A DNA stretch of 64,000 nucleotides from an uncultured archaeon (GCA_963777125.1 CAVZPN010000024.1:6596-70595); one strand, 5' to 3'; positions 29,503 to 40,449 are shown, numbered from the stretch's first letter. Made by a program: numbers and translations. The notes: generated by a model from the sequence alone, not told the origin.

Positions 29503-30180
29503 ATGTGGTTAGCTAAACTCAAACTTCAACATAAAGATTGTCCTATTGTTAATCGCTGTAATAAATTTAATCTTATTGTTTATTCTTATCCGAGTACGTG
29601 GTATCAAGAAAAGAACAAAAAGTATGCCACAACTACTTGCTTTTTTCAAAGTCAAGATAAAATCAAAAAAAATAAATTCTTATTAGATCTAAAGGCAGAC
29701 CGTCGAATTACAAATATAGAAATCTCAGGAGATATGTTCACATATGAAATAAGACTTCTTGGAAACGGTGAACATGTAATGTTATATCATACTAAGCAAA
29801 TATTTTTTATTAAACCAGTTATTAATCATCCAGATGGTCATGAATATTGGGAAGTAGCTTCATGGAAAAAAGAAATCTTAAGTAAATTTATAGAAGACCT
29901 GTCAGCACATATGAATATTTGTAAAATACTTAAATTAGTAGAACAACCTGTCACAGATATTTATCTTCCAAATGTTATGCCAAAACTTTCAGACCAACAA
30001 AAAAAAGCGTTAAAAATAGCTTATGAAAATTCATACTATACATATCCTAGAAAAAATTCTTTAACAACACTTGCTAAAAAGTCAGGATTAAGCGTATCAA
30101 CATTTCAAGAACATCTCCGTAAAGCAGAACTTAAGCTTTTACCAATTATCATTGAACAACAACTTAAAGAAGAAAATTAG
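29503..30180 (+). CDS. HTH-10 (bacterio-opsin activator-type) transcriptional regulator
   Basis: C-terminal LSDQQKKAL..AY..YY.YPRK.SL..LAK..GLS.STFQEHLRKAE.KL. Confidence 0.9.
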   Translation: MWLAKLKLQHKDCPIVNRCNKFNLIVYSYPSTWYQEKNKKYATTTCFFQSQDKIKKNKFLLDLKADRRITNIEISGDMFTYEIRLLGNGEHVMLYHTKQIFFIKPVINHPDGHEYWEVASWKKEILSKFIEDLSAHMNICKILKLVEQPVTDIYLPNVMPKLSDQQKKALKIAYENSYYTYPRKNSLTTLAKKSGLSVSTFQEHLRKAELKLLPIIIEQQLKEEN

Positions 30181-30262
30181 TGCCTAATAATTCCATTCTA
30201 TAAAAATATGTGCCGTATATGTTCGGTAAAAGCATTATATCTATAGTTCCATTCCTAACTTA

Positions 30263-31411
30263 ATGACCCAAATAGAATTAGATAATTTAGTAGCCAATAT
30301 AATCTATAATACTGAAATTATAAACGAGGCAAGAAAAACACCTCCAGTACTCACCGAGGCAGAAGCAACAGAAATTGGTAAAATAATAGGAGCAAATAAT
30401 ATAAGTATAGATGTTAATTTAGCGCAAATATTTCTAAAAGAACAGTTTGAAGTATTTTTTGAAGCATATGCCAATAGAAATATAACTGCTGCATTACAAA
30501 GTTTGACCGATCTTAAATTTAGTAATCAATTAATTCCGACACTATATTCTAAACCCAATAAGTATTTTATTACACTCGAACAAAAACTACCTATGAAAGA
30601 TCCGGAATATGAAAATTATGAAGCACCATATTTTTTATCATTTAAAGAATTACGTAAAATAATAAGACATTCAAAAGACAGTATTCCTGTAGGAAATCAA
30701 ATAACGGTTAATGGAGTAAAACCAAATAAAGACTACTTTAAAACTGGAGAAGAAATGCTTATAAATATAAAACAGGCAGAAGAATCACTAATTAAATATC
30801 ATTTTACAATACATCAACTAAGTCATAAGAAAAAACACGCCAAAGAAATAAAGATAATAGGAAATGATTTTCGTAAATACGAGAGTTGGACAGGCGATGT
30901 TAAAATAATTGATTATAGTAATAATAAGTTAAAATATACATATTCTGATTTAAAGGGAAGAGAAAAAACAGAAACAGCTTCACGAATAAATATTAAAACA
31001 TACATCGAACCAGGAAGTAGTATGAATTTACTGGTGCCAAATATAGAATTAGATACTCTGGAGTCAATAATTTCTGCAATACAAAAGAATAATCCTGAAA
31101 AAGAAATAAACATAACAACAATAAAAAAATCCTATCAAACATATTTAGCGATTACTGATTGGGAAAAAGAGCTTGTATACAATCAGTACCTAAATTGTAC
31201 ACATAATAATGATATGTATATACTTAGATACCACAAAAAAGTTTTCGCTGCAATAGCCAAAAGAATGGATACAACATATATTAGAAAAATAGACTCACTT
31301 ATTACTAAACACTGGTATTTACAACCACTTATCGGAATAGTAGCATATATAAAAGAAGAATTTCCATATAAAATAAAATTTAAAATAGATTTCTCAGTTA
31401 AGAGAAAATAA
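30263..31411 (+). CDS. Hypothetical protein
   Basis: 382-aa ORF with no recognisable motif. Confidence 0.65.
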   Translation: MTQIELDNLVANIIYNTEIINEARKTPPVLTEAEATEIGKIIGANNISIDVNLAQIFLKEQFEVFFEAYANRNITAALQSLTDLKFSNQLIPTLYSKPNKYFITLEQKLPMKDPEYENYEAPYFLSFKELRKIIRHSKDSIPVGNQITVNGVKPNKDYFKTGEEMLINIKQAEESLIKYHFTIHQLSHKKKHAKEIKIIGNDFRKYESWTGDVKIIDYSNNKLKYTYSDLKGREKTETASRINIKTYIEPGSSMNLLVPNIELDTLESIISAIQKNNPEKEINITTIKKSYQTYLAITDWEKELVYNQYLNCTHNNDMYILRYHKKVFAAIAKRMDTTYIRKIDSLITKHWYLQPLIGIVAYIKEEFPYKIKFKIDFSVKRK

Positions 31412-31421
31412 CCTATTACCA

Positions 31422-31928
31422 TTAATTCTTAAGATTTATTAAATTACAAGATAAATCAAAATTAATCTTTAATAGTGACCACATATAATCATAAGAATTG
31501 TCTGTAATAATTTTCACATTATTATCATGATCTGTTGTTCTAATGGAATTTTTAGTGACTGTTCCATATTCGTGTGATAATGCACTATATACTGTTCCTT
31601 CTACCAATTGTTTTGTTTTATTTAAAAATCTAAAATCTGTAACTATATTTCTTCCATAATCTACTAATAATATCTGACCATATATTTCATCAACAACCTT
31701 ATTAGAGTAATAATTCTCTTGTGTTTTATACTTAGTCAAATTAAGGTCAAAATTTTTATAATGTTCAGGTTTATTTTTCAGAAGATAATCATAATCTTTT
31801 ATATCATCTAACTTAAACAACCCTACATGTTTGTTTTGTTGAGCGTTTACGCTAAAAGTATCAGTCAATAATAGTGCACCAATTGATGCAACAGCACTTT
31901 TCTTCAAAAAATCTCGTCTAGTTGTCAT
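31422..31928 (-). CDS. Twin-arginine signal protein, tandem paralog A
   Basis: MTTRRDFLKKS + hydrophobic stretch + VNA-QQ cleavage site. Confidence 0.8.
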   Translation of the reverse strand: MTTRRDFLKKSAVASIGALLLTDTFSVNAQQNKHVGLFKLDDIKDYDYLLKNKPEHYKNFDLNLTKYKTQENYYSNKVVDEIYGQILLVDYGRNIVTDFRFLNKTKQLVEGTVYSALSHEYGTVTKNSIRTTDHDNNVKIITDNSYDYMWSLLKINFDLSCNLINLKN

Positions 31929-32571
31929 AGTAATTACCTATTAAATTTTAATCGAATATAGTTTAATTAAGTATAATTATGAATAATATTATTTATCATG
32001 CTTATAAAAAGTATTATTAAAAATGAAGTCATAAGCAGTATGAAATTGTGATTTCGTTTTATTCCATTCTTCAATATAACAATTTACGCTAGTCTCCGTA
32101 TTAATATTATGATTAATAGTAGTTATATTATCTTTAGTTGTTTTTTCAGACATATGTGAATTAGCAGAATATCTTGTACCTTCTACTAACTGGTTTGAAT
32201 CTATTAAAAACCTAAAATCTTTAACACTATGGTTTTCATAATCTACAACTAATATCTGACCTAATTGTTCATTTGCAGATATATTAGAATAATAACTTCT
32301 GCCATTAACAGAACTAACAACATTAAGCTTTAGGCTATTATAATGTTCAGGTTTATTTTTCAGAAGATAATCGTAATCTTTTATATCATCTAACTTAAAC
32401 AACCCCACATGTTTGTTTTGTTGAGCGTACACACTAAAAGTATCAGGCAACAATAATGCACCTACTGATGCAATAGTGCTTTTCTTCAAAAAATCTCGTC
32501 TAGTTGTCATAGTAATTATCTATTAAATTTTAATTGAATATATTTTAATTAAGTATAAATTATGAATAATA
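31756..32571. repeat. Tandem duplication: about 230-bp near-identical blocks 31756-31988 and 32338-32571
   Basis: The first ~57 codons and ~60 bp of upstream sequence are nearly identical; the 3' parts of the genes are diverged. Confidence 0.85.
31989..32510 (-). CDS. Twin-arginine signal protein, tandem paralog B
   Basis: MTTRRDFLKKS...VYA-QQ; shares GQIL.VDY, DFRFL and QLVEGT.YSA.SH with paralog A. Confidence 0.8.
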   Translation of the reverse strand: MTTRRDFLKKSTIASVGALLLPDTFSVYAQQNKHVGLFKLDDIKDYDYLLKNKPEHYNSLKLNVVSSVNGRSYYSNISANEQLGQILVVDYENHSVKDFRFLIDSNQLVEGTRYSANSHMSEKTTKDNITTINHNINTETSVNCYIEEWNKTKSQFHTAYDFIFNNTFYKHDK

Positions 32572-32600
32572 ATATTATTTATATAGTTTTCGTTTTTGTA

Positions 32601-32616
32601 ATCACTCTTTAGTGAT
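32601..32616. promoter_or_regulatory. Inverted repeat, possible operator
   Basis: ATCACT-CTTT-AGTGAT just upstream of the minus-strand BRE/TATA (CGAAAACTATATAAATA, 32576-32592) of the Tat pair. Confidence 0.35.
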
Positions 32617-32759
32617 ACTCTTGATTTAATAAATAATTAAATGGTATTAAACAAAGTCAAGTAATGACACTGAATACATAATCATAAAACATATAAACAT
32701 TAAAATTACTAAATACTATTAAATTAATAAGGAATTATAAGGCAGTAATAAATTAAAAG

Positions 32760-33632
32760 GTGATTTATATGGTACGTAAAGCAGTTTTCGCAGGACAATT
32801 CTATGAACATAATGAACAAGATTTAGATAAACAAATTACTGAATGTTTTGAAGGAAAAAATGGTCCAGGAGCTTTGCCATTAAATAAACGAGCAGGAATT
32901 ATTCAAGCAATAATTGCACCACATGCAGGTTATACTTATTCAGGAGCTTGCGCAGCTTGGGCATATAAAGAAATTGCTGAATCAGAATTTGCCGATGTAT
33001 ATATTATTCTTGGTCCTAATCATGCTGGAAATGGTAACGCATTAAGTATGCAAGGTTACGAAACACCATTTGGCCTAGCAAGAGTTGATCAAGAATTTGC
33101 AAATGCATTACTTGAAAAAAATTCTGAATTAAAAGTTGATGAAACAGCACATGAAGCAGAACACAGCATAGAAGTTCAAATTCCATTTTTACAATTTGCA
33201 ACTAAAGATAAGATGCATGAATTAAAAATAGTTCCAATAATATTAAGTAATATCGACTATAATAAATTAGGTCTTGATATTAAAGAAACAATAATTGAAA
33301 GTGGGAAAAAAGTTGTTATAATAGTAAGTAGCGATTTTACTCACTACGGAAGAAACTATCATTACATTCCTTTCAGTACTGATGTTAAGAAAAATATTTA
33401 TAATAGAGATAAGCAAGGAATAGAGTTAATAGAAAAACTTAATGCGGATGCATTTATGGGCTACATTGATGAAACAATGGGAACAATATGTGGAGCATTT
33501 CCAATAGCAACATTATTAAAAAGTATTAAAAGTGATAAAATAGAATTATTACAATACTACACTAGCGCAGATCTAGAAGAAGAACAATCATACAAGAATT
33601 CAGTAAGTTATGCGGCAATGGTGTTTAGATAA
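32760..33632 (+). CDS. AmmeMemoRadiSam system protein B (MEMO1 family)
   Basis: R.AVFAGQFY, IAPHAGY.YSG, LGPNH, EHSIEVQIPFLQ, SSDFTHYG, TICG, SVSYA. Confidence 0.95.
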   Translation: MIYMVRKAVFAGQFYEHNEQDLDKQITECFEGKNGPGALPLNKRAGIIQAIIAPHAGYTYSGACAAWAYKEIAESEFADVYIILGPNHAGNGNALSMQGYETPFGLARVDQEFANALLEKNSELKVDETAHEAEHSIEVQIPFLQFATKDKMHELKIVPIILSNIDYNKLGLDIKETIIESGKKVVIIVSSDFTHYGRNYHYIPFSTDVKKNIYNRDKQGIELIEKLNADAFMGYIDETMGTICGAFPIATLLKSIKSDKIELLQYYTSADLEEEQSYKNSVSYAAMVFR

Positions 33633-33706
33633 AGTGCATTAGAGTTAAGTATCAGTAAGATATATAAAATCAACAAGTATTCTAATGATTAAGAGTATGA
33701 TTAATC

Positions 33707-35407
33707 ATGAGTAGAGATAAGAAGGAAGCAAATTCAGAAATAGCAGCAAATACTAATATTGATAAGACTACTGGTTTGACTAAAGAACAAGTTGAAAAAA
33801 CTAAAAAATATTCTGTCAGAGATGGTTCAGCTTACAACGTCATGTTTGGATTTGGAGAACAATACGTAACGCCTTATGCGTTAAAACTTGGCGCAACAAA
33901 TTCTGAAATTGGAATACTTGCAAGCGTTCCATCATTTATTGGTTCATTATTTCAAATTGTTGGAGCAAAATTAACTGATAAGTATAAAAATAGAAAAAAA
34001 GTTGTTACATGGTTTGTATTTTTTCAAGCATTAATGATTTTACCATTATTTATTATTCCATATTTTACTAAAAGCATCATGCTATTAACATTAATATTTT
34101 CATTATATCTAATATTTAGTAATGCTGGAGCTCCTGGATGGAATTCTTGGATTGGTTCAGTTATTCCTGAAAGCGAACGTGCAGAATATTTTAGTAAAAG
34201 AAATAGGGTTACAATATTTGCGTTGCTAGTTTCTGTTCTTTGTGCAGGATTAATATTAAATTATTTTACTAATGTAAACATTTGGATTGGCTTTGCAATA
34301 TTATTTGGAATTTCATTTCTTGGAAGAATAGTTTCTTGGTATTACTTAACAAAACAATATGAACCAGAATATGTTATTAATGATAATGCTCAATTTTCTT
34401 TTAAAGATTTTTTAAAAAGAATGCCTGAAACAAATTTCGGTAACTTTGTTATGTTTAGATCATTAATGGCTCTTGCCGTAATGATTGCTTCACCATTCTT
34501 TGCAGTATATATGTTAAATGAATTAAATTTTTCTTATATTCGATTTACAATAATAATTATTGTTCCTATGATTGTTAAAGTTTTAACTATGACTTATTGG
34601 GGTAAGTATAGTAATAAATTTGGTACAAGAAATATTATGATTGTGTCAGCATTCTTAATTGCATTATTTCCATTAATTTGGTTTTTAGGCGGCTACGTAT
34701 TATATAAATATTTTAATATATTCTATATTATTATATGCGCAGAAATTCTCGGAGGATTTGCCTGGGCAGGATTTGAACTAACAACATTTAATTATGTTTT
34801 AGAAACAGTTAGTCCCCAAAAAAGAGCTCAAGCAACAGCATACTTTAATGTAGTATTTGGAACATCAGTATTAATAGGAGGATTATTTGGAAGTTGGTTA
34901 ATTAGCGTTCTTCCAACAAACTTTTACGGCATGTCAACCTTATTAATGGTTATATTAATATCCGTAATTGCAAGATTTATCGTACCATTATTATTTATTT
35001 CTAAATTAAAAGAAGTTAAAATTAAAAAGAACATTGATGAAAGAAAATTATTTATGGATTTAGTTATAAGTAAACCATTACATTCAGCAATGCATCAAAC
35101 ATCTCAAATAATGTTTTTAACAGAAAAAAGTATAACTAAAGTTAGCAGCGTAACACGCAAAGGATTAACTATTGTTAAAAAACCAATTAATCCAGTAATA
35201 TCCGGAGTTGTTAATGGAATTGATAAAGGCTTAACAAAAGTTGAACCAATACGAAAAGCATTAGAGCCAAAAAAGATACGTCATAATAAAAAACAAAGAT
35301 ATGATGACTTAGTGAGTTATGATTATACTAATCATATTAAAAGTCATCCTAAAATGGCGAAGAAACTAGATAGAAAAAGCAGAATAATAGTTGTTAAGAA
35401 AAAATAG
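33707..35407 (+). CDS. MFS transporter with basic C-terminal extension
   Basis: About 12 TM helices, ALKLGA...IG.L, WGKYSNKFG.R motif. Confidence 0.88.
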   Translation: MSRDKKEANSEIAANTNIDKTTGLTKEQVEKTKKYSVRDGSAYNVMFGFGEQYVTPYALKLGATNSEIGILASVPSFIGSLFQIVGAKLTDKYKNRKKVVTWFVFFQALMILPLFIIPYFTKSIMLLTLIFSLYLIFSNAGAPGWNSWIGSVIPESERAEYFSKRNRVTIFALLVSVLCAGLILNYFTNVNIWIGFAILFGISFLGRIVSWYYLTKQYEPEYVINDNAQFSFKDFLKRMPETNFGNFVMFRSLMALAVMIASPFFAVYMLNELNFSYIRFTIIIIVPMIVKVLTMTYWGKYSNKFGTRNIMIVSAFLIALFPLIWFLGGYVLYKYFNIFYIIICAEILGGFAWAGFELTTFNYVLETVSPQKRAQATAYFNVVFGTSVLIGGLFGSWLISVLPTNFYGMSTLLMVILISVIARFIVPLLFISKLKEVKIKKNIDERKLFMDLVISKPLHSAMHQTSQIMFLTEKSITKVSSVTRKGLTIVKKPINPVISGVVNGIDKGLTKVEPIRKALEPKKIRHNKKQRYDDLVSYDYTNHIKSHPKMAKKLDRKSRIIVVKKK

Positions 35408-35454
35408 AAAATACCCCATTAAAACTTATTCAATAATAAACATAAGGCAATAAA

Positions 35455-37248
35455 TCACTTCTTACCCTTTTTCTTAGGTTTTACTTTAGAAACAGAAGGT
35501 AATTTTTTCTTTGAATGTACAGCAGATTCTTTTGATGATTTCTTTTCTTCAACTACCACTTGTTTCTTTTCAACTTTAACATCGCTTATAATAGCCTTTG
35601 TATGCATTACATTAAATAATTCTGTAATGTTAATTTCAAGAACTGCAACAGGCATATCAATTGCCCAATTCATTAATACTTGAGGATGAATCTCGCCAAT
35701 GTAAGCAATTTTTGCATTGTTTACAACAACTCTTCCTGTTCTTCCTTTAATAAATGAGCCATGATCACTATCAGTAATATCATATTTAATATTTAATGCT
35801 TCACAAATTACATCTAATATTTGTTTAATCTTAGTAAAATTAGCATCATTACCACATAATGCAATTCCAAGTCTTTCAGTTTCATGAACACCAGTTTCAA
35901 AAGCAGAATCGAGTTTAAACACTGTTCCAATTTCGAAAATATTTTGAGGATAATCGTAGTGTTTATTGTACTTTAATGTTTCCATTAAACTTGGAGTCAT
36001 CCATGCACGTAAAATATTATAATCTTGCGTCACACTATTTTCTAGTTCAACACATTCAATTGGATAATTCATTAATTTTGATTGAACATCTTTATTTGTT
36101 AGATGATAATTTTTAACTTCAATAAAGCCGAGTCCAATTAATACAGATCTTAAACTATTATTAAATATTTCAACTGGTCTTTCACGTGCTGTTGTTGAAA
36201 ATTCTGATAATTTACCATTAAAATTTTCGTAACCATATGCAATTGCAACATCTTCAACTAAATCAATTGGATGTAATATGTCAGAACGATAATTTGGAAC
36301 TAATGCTTTTTTATTTTTATAATCGTGACCCATTTTTGCAAGATATTTTTTCACATCTGACTCAGATAAATTAAAACCTAAACGCTTATTTACATACTCA
36401 ACATCTAATTTTATTTCGCGTCCAGATAGATTAGGCGTTAAATATTTTTTATCAGGATACTGTAATTCTACACTAAAAATTTGGCCACCCATATCAGCCA
36501 TTGCAGTTACAACCATATTAAGACATGTATGTAAATAATCAAATTCGAATCCAGAACACTCAATAAATACATCTTTAGTTGTAAGAGTAATTTTACCAAT
36601 ATTATTACTATTAATTATTGGCGGCATACTCATAATATTTTGTTTAGAATCAATAAATATTGGATACTTTGATTTTCCTTCAAGTAAGTGCCCATATTCT
36701 CTTCCAGTTGGATGAATTGCAAGTATCTGCGAACCAGATAAATCCTTATTCATATCAAGTGGTTTAAATCTTATTTCTTCAGGAAATAATGCCTTATAAT
36801 AAATAGGTGGTTTAATATGTTCAAGTGGATAAATACCAATAGCAGTTTTTCTTCTATTTCGACCATAAGTAATATGTAATTTTTCTTGTATTTGAATTAA
36901 CTCTTTAATTTTTTCATCAGTTAATTTTAATCCTTTAACAATTGCGCAAGCAGTATACGGCCTTACATCTTTAACAGATTTATCAACAATTACTTTAACA
37001 CCACTTTTTTTAACATCATATTTTTTAAATCCTGATTTTATACCCATAAATGAACTTAGAGCTCTTGCCATTCCTTGTTCGGATAATAAATCAGGTCTAT
37101 TAGGAAATATTTCAACTTCAATTTCTTGCTCATTAATGCCTTCAAACCCGGTTCCAAGAAATGATATTCTATCACCTAATTGTTCATCAGATATTTTTCT
37201 TCCAAGTAATTCTAAAATTGTTTTCTTATTATATTTTAATGTAGGCAT
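35455..37248 (-). CDS. pheT: Phenylalanine-tRNA ligase beta subunit (archaeal type)
   Basis: MPT..., PNRPDLLS, QEKLH...GR.R, SMPPIINS, R.DILH.IDLVEDVAIAYG, GEIHP; Lys-rich tail. Confidence 0.96.
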   Translation of the reverse strand: MPTLKYNKKTILELLGRKISDEQLGDRISFLGTGFEGINEQEIEVEIFPNRPDLLSEQGMARALSSFMGIKSGFKKYDVKKSGVKVIVDKSVKDVRPYTACAIVKGLKLTDEKIKELIQIQEKLHITYGRNRRKTAIGIYPLEHIKPPIYYKALFPEEIRFKPLDMNKDLSGSQILAIHPTGREYGHLLEGKSKYPIFIDSKQNIMSMPPIINSNNIGKITLTTKDVFIECSGFEFDYLHTCLNMVVTAMADMGGQIFSVELQYPDKKYLTPNLSGREIKLDVEYVNKRLGFNLSESDVKKYLAKMGHDYKNKKALVPNYRSDILHPIDLVEDVAIAYGYENFNGKLSEFSTTARERPVEIFNNSLRSVLIGLGFIEVKNYHLTNKDVQSKLMNYPIECVELENSVTQDYNILRAWMTPSLMETLKYNKHYDYPQNIFEIGTVFKLDSAFETGVHETERLGIALCGNDANFTKIKQILDVICEALNIKYDITDSDHGSFIKGRTGRVVVNNAKIAYIGEIHPQVLMNWAIDMPVAVLEINITELFNVMHTKAIISDVKVEKKQVVVEEKKSSKESAVHSKKKLPSVSKVKPKKKGKK

Positions 37249-37283
37249 TTTTCACCATAGTTAATTAAAACTGAATTATTTAT

Positions 37284-37526
37284 TTACAAATCCTTTATTT
37301 TATGACTTATAACTTTTAATTTCGAATCCGAATCATATATACAAACTATTCCAACAATAAATAACATTACTGAAACAAGTAATAATTGTAAATGATAACT
37401 ATATATATTTATTATATATAATATTAAGCCTATAAGCGTTATTAACATAAATCCGAACATTAATAACAATCTTTTATTATATGCAAGTTCCAAACGTTTT
37501 AGTTCGAAAACTTTTTTATCATCCAT
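37284..37526 (-). CDS. Small two-TM membrane protein
   Basis: GGAG RBS; two hydrophobic segments; lies between pheS and pheT. Confidence 0.6.
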   Translation of the reverse strand: MDDKKVFELKRLELAYNKRLLLMFGFMLITLIGLILYIINIYSYHLQLLLVSVMLFIVGIVCIYDSDSKLKVISHKIKDL

Positions 37527-37623
37527 TCTTAAACTCCCAGCACCTCTTTATTAAAAATACTAAATAAATATAATATCAATCAACATCCAAAAAAACTCAT
37601 TTCAATTGTCAATCAAACATCAA

Positions 37624-39169
37624 TTATTGTGGCTGTAATAACCATTTTTTAATTGATCTTAATTGTTTCATATCGTTTCTTGTGAAATCTCTTAAATCTT
37701 TAATATCGTAATATTGAGTTGTAATTCTTCCAAATCCAAATCCCCAAGCTAAAACAGGACACTCAAATCCCATTAAAGTTTTTGTAACTTCTGGTCTAAA
37801 CATTCCAGCGCCACCAAGTTCAACCCATTCATTTCTTTCTTTATTAAATACTTCAACTTCAATACTAGGTTCAGTATAAGGGAAATGTCCAGGTCTAATT
37901 TTTATCTTGTCATAACCCATTGCTTTGAAAAATACTTTAATATAACCAATTAAATCTTCAAATGTGGCATTAGGATCAACTACTATTCCATCTGTTTGAT
38001 AAAATTCAAATGAATGTTTCCAATCTACCGCTTCATTTCTAAATACTTTACCTATGTTGAAAAATTTAATTGGAAGATCTTCTTTTTTTAATTTAGATAT
38101 TGTCTGTGCAGATAATACAGTTGTATGAGTTCTTAGCATTAATTGTTTAGCTTTTTCTTCATCCCAAGTTCCACCCCAGCCGCAGCTTCCCGTATCTGCC
38201 CCATTTTCATGAACAGCTTTTATTCTCTTTTTTAATTCTTCAGGAATTTTTGCTTTTGAAGGCTTCTTTAAATAGAATGTATCTTGCATTTCTCTTGCCG
38301 GATGATCTTGTGGTACAAATAATGAATCTAAATCCCAGAACGCACTTTGAATCATTGTGCCAGACATTTCTTGAAATCCCTTATTTAACCATATTGATCG
38401 GGCATAATCCATAGCTTCATTTTCAAAATGTTTTTTTCCATAAACAATTTTTGGAACTTGAGATTTAATATCATACGATCTAAATTCTTTATTATTCCAA
38501 GATTTATTTCTAATTATTTCTTGTGTTAACACATCAATTACATCTTTATTTATAGAATCAAAATTTTGTAATAATTCACTTCCTAGAGCTGAAATAGTAA
38601 CTGTTTTTACTTTATCAACATCAACTTTTAAGATACTCTTACGTTTAACAAGTTCATTAAATGCATAGACTTCTTCAGATGACAATGCCTTTGGATCAAG
38701 TGGGAATGATTTTTTTAAGAAAATTTCTTCAAGTGTTTCTTTTTTTAATATATTTCGACCAAGAATCAGTCATAGAAACTAATACATCATTTCCTTTCTT
38801 TGCAATATTTATTGCTCCTTTCTTTTTTAATAATCCTAAAGAAACAGATACTTCTTCTTTTGATAATTTTGATGCTTTTTCAATATCTTTAATTGACATT
38901 TCATGATTTAAAGCGGTTAAAAATAATCTTTCTGGTAATCCTTGTTTAACATACAATTTACCATTTGTATCTAGAAATATTAATTGTTTAGAATCTTCTT
39001 TTAAATCTATTAGATTCTTATTTTTAAGCCATTGTAAGGCTCTACTTACTTCTACGTCTTTTAATTTAGAATTCTTCTCTAAATCACTAATTGTACTAAA
39101 TTTAGGAATAAGTGGCAATAATTTTCTCTCTAAAGGATGCAAACTATCCACTAGCTTTTTCAAATCCAA
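37624..39169 (-). CDS. pheS: Phenylalanine-tRNA ligase alpha subunit (archaeal type), split by an apparent +1 frameshift near 38740-38767
   Basis: N-part MDLKKLVDSLHPLER (wHTH) and C-part FWD.D.LF.PQDHPAREMQDTF, LRTHTT, FRNE, FPYTEPS, GAGMFRPE. Removing one base gives a 514-aa ORF. Confidence 0.93.
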
Positions 39170-39602
39170 TGTTATAACCCCCTAAAATTCTATCTTTAGA
39201 TATAACAAATATATAAACCTATCTATTGTATTTATAAATAAACTGAGTAGAATCGACACTAAATATAACTATTGTAGGAGGACAAAAATAAGCAAATAGT
39301 ATACTATATACACACAAAATAAGTCATAACTAGAACAAGTAAATTATTTCACTAACAATAAAACACAAAATATTAAATCATAAAAATACACTATTAATAA
39401 AATATTAAAAATAATAATTATATTTAATAAATATCAATTAAAATTAAAAGCACATCTAAATACTCACTCTACATAATTCACCCCTCTCATCCAATAACAA
39501 TAATATAACCATTCTGTAAGGGTTAAAAACCAAAACATATATAAAGTAGTATACTTATTTCATTTCTATAGAATAGCAATTTTTAAGAAAAAGGGTGAAA
39601 AA

Positions 39603-39621
39603 TTGACTAAGTATTAGTCGA
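39603..39621 (+). promoter_or_regulatory. Hairpin or palindrome next to the trmB RBS
   Basis: GACTAA-GTA-TTAGTC (39605-39619) immediately before the GAGG RBS. Confidence 0.35.
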
Positions 39622-39630
39622 GAGGTTAAA

Positions 39631-40449
39631 ATGATTGTTAAAGAAGAATTTTTAAGCAAGTTAAGAAGATATTTTGGTTTAAATCTTTACGAAGTAAAAA
39701 TTTGGACTGCACTGTTAAGTAGAGGAGTTTCTACAGCAGGAGAATTATCCGACATTGCAAATGTTCCAAGAAGTAGAAGTTACGATATTTTAGAATCTCT
39801 TGAGAAAAAAGGATTCGTTGTAATGAAAATTGGAAAACCTATAAAGTACATAGCTGTTTCTCCAAAAGAAATTGTTGAAAGAGTAAAGAAGAATGTAAGA
39901 ATAGACTCTGATGAAAAAATAAAACGACTTGAAGACTTAAAAGGAACTGACGTTGTAGATGAATTAAATAATTTACACACACAAGGTGTTGAAATTATAG
40001 AACCATCTGATTTAAGCGGAAGTTTAAAAGGAAGACACAACTTATACAATCATCTAGAATTAACTATTAAAAATGCAGAAGAAAGCGTTACTATAATGAC
40101 TACAAATGAAGGTTTAATGAGAAAAATAGAAGGATTAAAACCAGTATTTGAACAATTAAAGAAACGTGGCGTTAAAATAAAAATTGCTGCACCATTAAAT
40201 AAAGATTCAATCCCTGCAGTTAAAGATTTAGGCAACGTTGCTGAAATAAGACACACAGATGCAAAAGCAAGATTTACAATTGTAGATAGAAAAGAATTAT
40301 TATTTATGATTGCAGATGATAAAGAAGTTCATCCAACTTACGATGTAGGAATTTGGGTAAATACTCCTTTCTTTGCTAATGCTCTTGAAGAATTATTCGA
40401 ACTAGCATGGAAAGAAATGAAACCTGCAAAGAATGTACTTAAATTATAA
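39631..40449 (+). CDS. TrmB-family transcriptional regulator / chromatin protein
   Basis: FGLNLYE.K.W.ALL..G.STAGELS..ANVPRSR.YD.LESLEKKGFV; C-terminal PLD-like effector domain. Confidence 0.92.
   Translation: MIVKEEFLSKLRRYFGLNLYEVKIWTALLSRGVSTAGELSDIANVPRSRSYDILESLEKKGFVVMKIGKPIKYIAVSPKEIVERVKKNVRIDSDEKIKRLEDLKGTDVVDELNNLHTQGVEIIEPSDLSGSLKGRHNLYNHLELTIKNAEESVTIMTTNEGLMRKIEGLKPVFEQLKKRGVKIKIAAPLNKDSIPAVKDLGNVAEIRHTDAKARFTIVDRKELLFMIADDKEVHPTYDVGIWVNTPFFANALEELFELAWKEMKPAKNVLKL

Noticed and set aside
30213..30226. CCG-N8-CGG upstream of the 30263 gene as an HTH-10 operator (similar AATCCG-N6-CGGATT at 53256)
   Set aside because: Arms are too short, spacings differ and there is no further copy to support it.
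31422..32571. Diversity-generating retroelement (TR/VR pair)
   Set aside because: The shared block is at the 5' end, differences are not adenine-specific, and no reverse transcriptase is present.
32601..32616. Thermococcales glycolytic motif (TATCAC-N5-GTGATA) for TrmB-like regulators
   Set aside because: The spacer is 6 rather than 5 and the flanking genes are not glycolytic; kept only as a generic palindrome.
39469..39488. Strong minus-strand RBS (GAGGGGTGA) followed by ATG-TAG
   Set aside because: Start-stop only; reading through TAG gives just a short peptide. No support for a gene or for recoding.
39180..39600. Long AT-rich intergenic region as a replication origin or ncRNA locus
   Set aside because: No ORB-like repeats, no adjacent cdc6/orc1 and no GC-rich stems; explained by divergent promoters.
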